Assembly (NCBI GenBank): GCA_937894565.1
Contig: CALBHK010000018.1
Coordinates: 2,717 to 66,716, forward strand
Length of the DNA stretch: 64,000 nt
Source of the DNA: an uncultured Chlamydiae bacterium
Lineage (GTDB): Bacteria > Chlamydiota > Chlamydiia > Chlamydiales > CALBHK01
Reading direction: 5' to 3'
This document shows, in pieces, positions 60,397 through 64,000 of this stretch (position 1 is its first letter; every line of letters starts with the position of its first letter). The translations under genes and the position numbers were made by a program. The notes below the pieces were generated by a model, which was not told where the DNA came from, searched no databases, and saw only the letters and a program-made list of their open reading frames with translations.

Positions 60397-60737
60397 TCGT
60401 TGATGCTGGTAAATTAAATCGCAGAATAACGATACAACAACGCGTTCAAACAAAAGATGCTGATGGCGGTATTGTCGATGCGTGGTCAGATTTTGCTGAA
60501 AACATTTGGTCTAACGTTATTTACTTGGACAGCGTAGAAAGAAAAGCAACTAATGCTGGCGGTATTAAACTAGAAGCAAAAACACGATTTATTATCAGAT
60601 ACTTATCAGGTATTACTAACACAATGCGCGTTTCTTTTAATAGTCAGTATTACAACATACGCCACGTTAATGACTTTGATGATAAGCACGCTTACATGAT
60701 TATAAGCTGTGATTTAGGTGGTGCTGATGGCCGCTAA
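60393..60737 (+). CDS. head-tail adaptor / head closure protein (SPP1 gp16-like)
   Basis: 114 aa. LNRRITIQQRVQTKDADGGIVDAWSDF is the characteristic N-terminus. Confidence 0.7.
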   Translation: MIVDAGKLNRRITIQQRVQTKDADGGIVDAWSDFAENIWSNVIYLDSVERKATNAGGIKLEAKTRFIIRYLSGITNTMRVSFNSQYYNIRHVNDFDDKHAYMIISCDLGGADGR

Positions 60738-61212
60738 GACTGAATTGATCGGCTTGAATGGTCTGTTAGATCAGTTCAAAAGATTATCATCTGAAATGAC
60801 GCAAAGAACAGCGCGTCGTATGGTTGCAACGGCTGGCGGCATATTAAGAAAAGAAGCAAAGGCAATCGCGCAAGCAAAAGGCCTTAATCGAAGTGGTGCA
60901 ATGATTCGCAATATTGCAATTAAGCGCGAGCGTAATACACGGGAAGGTACTGAACAGTATAACTTAGGTGTTAGACATGGCAAGCAATTAAAAAAAGCCA
61001 AGAAGAAAGATTTAGAACTATTTCTTAGAAAAAATGGACGCATTGTTTGGCGTCGTACTGATGATCCTTTTTACTGGCGCTTTCTTGAATTTGGAACAAA
61101 AAGTATTAATCCTTTTCGGTTCATGCAGCAGTCTTTAGAAAACAAACACAACGAAGCAATTGAAGCCATGAAAAAGCGCTTAGAAGATGATTTAAGAAAG
61201 GCTGGTAGATGA
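60727..61212 (+). CDS. HK97 gp10-like tail-neck protein
   Basis: ATG 60727 (track uses GTG 60718). Position and pattern TARRMVATAGGILRKEAKAIAQ fit the gp10 family. Confidence 0.55.
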   Translation: MAAKTELIGLNGLLDQFKRLSSEMTQRTARRMVATAGGILRKEAKAIAQAKGLNRSGAMIRNIAIKRERNTREGTEQYNLGVRHGKQLKKAKKKDLELFLRKNGRIVWRRTDDPFYWRFLEFGTKSINPFRFMQQSLENKHNEAIEAMKKRLEDDLRKAGR

Positions 61213-61559
61213 GTATTAGCGTAATTGTTAATACTGCCTTAACCGGCGTTTTGTCTAATTCCTGGGCTATTGAATTGCCACCAGAACCAACCTTCCCGGC
61301 AATATCTTTTGATATTGATAGTTCTGCTGAAAATAGTTGGGTTTACGGTGCTGATTATGTTCAGCATGTTGTTACTGTGATTACATACGCTAAGGGGCGC
61401 GCTCAGCTAATGACTTATCCGCCATTGATTAGAACAGCGCTAGAATCATTACCTGGTTATATGTATGAAGAAGAACACGGTGATGCTGAATATCAAGACA
61501 TAGCGGGTGTCTATGCTTATTTTCAAAACTTTAGAATAAGAGGTCATTTAAATGGATGA
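61209..61559 (+). CDS. tail completion/terminator-like protein
   Basis: 116 aa. Position after the gp10-like gene. PTFPAISFDID...VVTVITYAK resembles DUF3168-type proteins. Confidence 0.5.
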   Translation: MSISVIVNTALTGVLSNSWAIELPPEPTFPAISFDIDSSAENSWVYGADYVQHVVTVITYAKGRAQLMTYPPLIRTALESLPGYMYEEEHGDAEYQDIAGVYAYFQNFRIRGHLNG

Positions 61560-61698
61560 TTTGATGAAAGCTATTACAACTGATGAATATGCTGGACAAG
61601 GCGGTTCGTTTATTTACGATCCTAAAACAGGCAAGCGTATGCCTGCTGAAGAAGAAAAATCTAAACAGGTAGCGGAAGAAGTATTAAGTAAAGAATAG
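61552..61698 (+). CDS. small hypothetical protein (48 aa)
   Basis: Below track cutoff: MDDLMKAITTDEYAGQGGSFIYDPKTGKRMPAEEEKSKQVAEEVLSKE. ATGGATGA overlap with the upstream stop. Confidence 0.4.
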   Translation: MDDLMKAITTDEYAGQGGSFIYDPKTGKRMPAEEEKSKQVAEEVLSKE

Positions 61699-61717
61699 TT
61701 AATAAATTTAATTAGTT

Positions 61718-61750
61718 AAAGCCGGTAATTAAAAACTACCGGCTTTTTTT
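61718..61750 (+). terminator. rho-independent terminator
   Basis: AAAGCCGGTA-9 nt loop-TACCGGCTTT continuing into a T run. Confidence 0.75.
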
Positions 61751-61804
61751 ATAATTGGTCTTATGTCTTTGTCATAAGGCCTTTTTTATTTTGTGAGGTA
61801 AAAA

Positions 61805-62746
61805 ATGGCAAAGATAATGCGGAATGTGGTGTTGTTGGCGAAGATTGAGGCTGGATCTCCTGGCACGGATTCTTTACCAGCGCAAGGCACAGATGCAATG
61901 CTGGCTCAGGTAACCAATCCGCAGCCTGTGGTTGCTGAATTCGTAGATAGAAATATTGTAAGGCCTTATTTCGGTAATTCAGGAAAGGTTCAAGTTTCAA
62001 GCCGATCAGAAATTGAAATTGAGGTAGAGCTCGCTTCTTCTGGCGCCGCTGGTACAAAACCCGCATGGAGTCCTTTGATGCAGGCTTGTGCCTTTGGTGA
62101 AACTAACGCTCCGGGCGTAAGCACTACATACGCTCCAGCTAGTACAAGTTTAAAAACTTGTTCTATTTATTATTATCTAGACGGCTTATTGCATAAAATG
62201 CTTGGCTGTCGTGGTGATGTAACTCTTGAGTTAAGTGCAAAAGCGATTCCTATGCTTAAATTTAAGTTTACTGGATTTTATCAAGCGCCAACCGATACAT
62301 CGCTGCCTGCAAGTCCTGATTATACCAAATTCAAAGATCCATTTCCGGTAAACAAACTCAATACGCCAACCATGACTGTTCACGGTATCACTGGCGCAGC
62401 TTCTAATTTTTCGATCCAGATGAATAATCAGATCGTTTATAGAAATATGATTGCAGTAGAGGCTGTAGATATGATTGAACGCAAACCTTCTGGCTCGGTA
62501 TCTATTGAAATGACGAGTGTTGCAAATAAAGCGTGGCATGAAGCTGTTCGTCTAGGTACTACTGGCGCTATACAAATGATTCATGGTGTAGGTGCTGGAA
62601 ATATTATCCAAGTTGATGCGCCTAAAGTACAACTTACCGATCCTAGTTATGTGGATATTGATGGCGTGGCAATGTTACAGCTTGGGCTACAGTTCCAACC
62701 TAACGGAAGCTCAGGAAATGATGAAATTTCTATCGTAGTTAAATAA
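61805..62746 (+). CDS. major tail (tube) protein
   Basis: 313 aa. First gene after the terminator and directly upstream of the G/GT chaperone pair. Confidence 0.55.
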   Translation: MAKIMRNVVLLAKIEAGSPGTDSLPAQGTDAMLAQVTNPQPVVAEFVDRNIVRPYFGNSGKVQVSSRSEIEIEVELASSGAAGTKPAWSPLMQACAFGETNAPGVSTTYAPASTSLKTCSIYYYLDGLLHKMLGCRGDVTLELSAKAIPMLKFKFTGFYQAPTDTSLPASPDYTKFKDPFPVNKLNTPTMTVHGITGAASNFSIQMNNQIVYRNMIAVEAVDMIERKPSGSVSIEMTSVANKAWHEAVRLGTTGAIQMIHGVGAGNIIQVDAPKVQLTDPSYVDIDGVAMLQLGLQFQPNGSSGNDEISIVVK

Positions 62747-62754
62747 GGCCATTT

Positions 62755-63081
62755 ATGACATTTAAAATCGCGTTGAATCCTACTTTTAAAGCAAGCGTTG
62801 AAGTCTTTACAAAGAACGAAAAAGGCTTGTTTGATAAATCCACGTTCTCGGCAATTTTTGAGCGCTTAGATACAAACGAAATCGAAGAGCTTAAGAAGTT
62901 ACCGGCTGCTGATGTATTAAGACAAAAGCTGAAAGGCTGGGAAGGTTTGCTGGACGAAGATAATAAAGATGTGCCATTTTCACAAGTGGCTTTGGATTCT
63001 GTTCTGCAAATACCTGAAGCGGTTCTTGCATTACAAGAAGCTTACTGGACATCTATCTTTAAGCAACGCGAAAAAAACTAA
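62755..63081 (+). CDS. tail assembly chaperone (G-like)
   Basis: 108 aa. Ends just after the slippery heptamer. Canonical position before the tape measure. Confidence 0.7.
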   Translation: MTFKIALNPTFKASVEVFTKNEKGLFDKSTFSAIFERLDTNEIEELKKLPAADVLRQKLKGWEGLLDEDNKDVPFSQVALDSVLQIPEAVLALQEAYWTSIFKQREKN

Positions 63082-63449
63082 TTGCGGTTGCTCGCTACTG
63101 GGCGGGCGACCGTGGCAAGAAAACATTCGTTGATGATAACGTAATCGATGGCCTAGTGCGTATAGGTGCACCACAAGAAATAATTGATTCAATGATTAAT
63201 GGCATGAATTCAAAAGTTAATTACTGCGAAATATGGCCTGAAAACATTGAATCTTTCAATGTATTCATTTCATTAACAACGCAGTGGATAGTGACTGGAA
63301 TGGGTCATTACATGGGTATTAGATATCCTTCCATTGAATCAACCTTAAACCTGATGGGATTTAACAAAAAGCGTAAGGCTGAAATATTCGATGATATTCG
63401 AACGATGGAAGCTGCTGCTTTAGAAGTGATTAACGAACCTAAAAAATGA
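62755..63449 (+). CDS. tail assembly chaperone frameshift fusion (GT-like)
   Basis: -1 frame after 63078 reads KKLIAVARYWAGDRGKKTFVDDNVIDGLVRIGAPQEIID... and joins track ORF 63156..63449 (EIWPENIESFNVFISLTTQW, DUF1799-like). Confidence 0.6.
63072..63078 (+). promoter_or_regulatory. -1 programmed frameshift slippery site A_AAA_AAC
   Basis: X_XXY_YYZ heptamer in the G frame, 1 codon before the stop. The -1 frame is open from here to 63449. Confidence 0.65.
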
Positions 63450-64000
63450 GCGCTCTTGGATCATTAGTTGTTAAGCTTGCGTTAGAACATGCTGAATATA
63501 CGCAAGGCTTAAATAAATCTGAGCAAGCCGCGCTCGGATTCGCCAAGCGGATTCAAACAAGCTTTGATGAAGCTAGCGGTTCGGTTAATGAGTTCCTGGT
63601 TGATTCTGCTAAGAATGTCGCCGGTGTTGTTGCTGGATTCGCTGGCATTAATGCTGTTGTAGAGCGTACGCAGAAATCAATTGATATTCTGGCAAACATC
63701 AATGATGCGGTAGAAAAAACCGGGTCAAGCGCTGAGGATTTGTCTAGGATTGAACAAGCGACACGCGCGGTTGGTGAATCCTTTATTCCTGTTGAACAAG
63801 GTATCACCAGGTTAGCAAAAGGGCTGGCCAGTTTTGATGACGGATCGAACGAAGTATTTCGCGCATTAAATGCAATCGGTGTTTCAGCGCGTGATACGAC
63901 AGGCCAGCTAAGAACATCGGCTGAGGTATTTATCGATGTTACCAAGGCCTTGCAAAGCTACGAAGATGGTGCGAATAAAGTAGCGTTGGTCAACGCGTTA
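63446..64000 (+). CDS. tape measure protein, N-terminal part (runs off right edge)
   Basis: Not in track (open-ended). ATG 63446 gives MSALGSLVVKLALEHAEYTQGLNKSEQAALGFAKRIQTSF... ATGA overlap with the GT stop. The antisense ORF 63553..63945 is rejected. Confidence 0.75.
   Translation, partial: MSALGSLVVKLALEHAEYTQGLNKSEQAALGFAKRIQTSFDEASGSVNEFLVDSAKNVAGVVAGFAGINAVVERTQKSIDILANINDAVEKTGSSAEDLSRIEQATRAVGESFIPVEQGITRLAKGLASFDDGSNEVFRALNAIGVSARDTTGQLRTSAEVFIDVTKALQSYEDGANKVALVNAL

Larger units (their letters stand above)
38601..64000. mobile_element. Phage/prophage genome B (partial): leftward accessory operon, divergent promoters, replication module, Q-like regulator, HNH-terminase, HK97-type head, siphovirus-type tail
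   Basis: A second, non-homologous set of terminase, portal, protease, capsid and tail genes. Right end runs off the window inside the tape measure gene. Confidence 0.8.

Noticed and set aside
1-64000. Search for integrase/excisionase, att direct repeats, tRNA/tmRNA genes, reverse transcriptase (DGR/retron), toxin-antitoxin or known defence-system signatures
   Set aside because: None was recognised by eye in any listed ORF or intergenic region. The absence is limited by manual inspection without profile searches.

Overview
The whole 64 kb window is tailed-phage DNA. I found no rRNA, tRNA, CRISPR array, integrase, att site or host housekeeping gene. All family names below come from motifs read by eye in the supplied translations; no database search was run.

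Two different phage genomes (or prophages) meet at about 38.6 kb.

- **Region A (1-38.6 kb):**
  - A tightly packed leftward early operon carries SSB, a YqaJ-type exonuclease, ERF, an IbrA/IbrB-like PAPS-reductase + ParB pair, RecT and a Gp157-like protein.
  - A repressor-type switch lies near 12.85 kb, followed by a small cargo block.
  - A rightward late operon has P22-like podovirus architecture. It runs from small terminase, an embedded GroES and large terminase through portal, scaffold and P22-type coat. It continues with three ejection-protein-sized ORFs, a collagen-like fibre and two paralogous fibres, and ends with holin, spanin and two lysins.
- **Region B (38.6-64 kb):**
  - A leftward accessory operon sits next to mirrored divergent promoters at 42.0-42.15 kb.
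  - The replication module has a ParB-like nuclease, HNH, an SF2 helicase and a Toprim primase.
  - It is followed by RusA, a Q-like regulator and HNH + P27-type terminase.
  - The structural genes are an HK97-type portal/protease/capsid and siphovirus tail genes, with a G/GT -1 frameshift and the start of the tape measure.

**Main findings**
1. The helicase contains an apparently intact intein. Its homing-endonuclease-like gene lies in the +1 frame relative to the splicing domains, and both frames stay open for about 270 codons.
2. A two-gene module is present in both phages: an RLWxWSG-motif protein plus a peptide built almost only of Gly-Ser/Asp/Tyr dipeptides. The two copies share an 80-nt perfect identity.
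3. Two conserved leader hairpins show compensatory base changes, and a recurrent ATAACTAG motif occurs in the late operon of region A.
4. A structured, G+C-rich 266-nt noncoding island lies downstream of the primase.
5. Two in-frame tandem-repeat genes occur, with 12-nt and 18-nt units.
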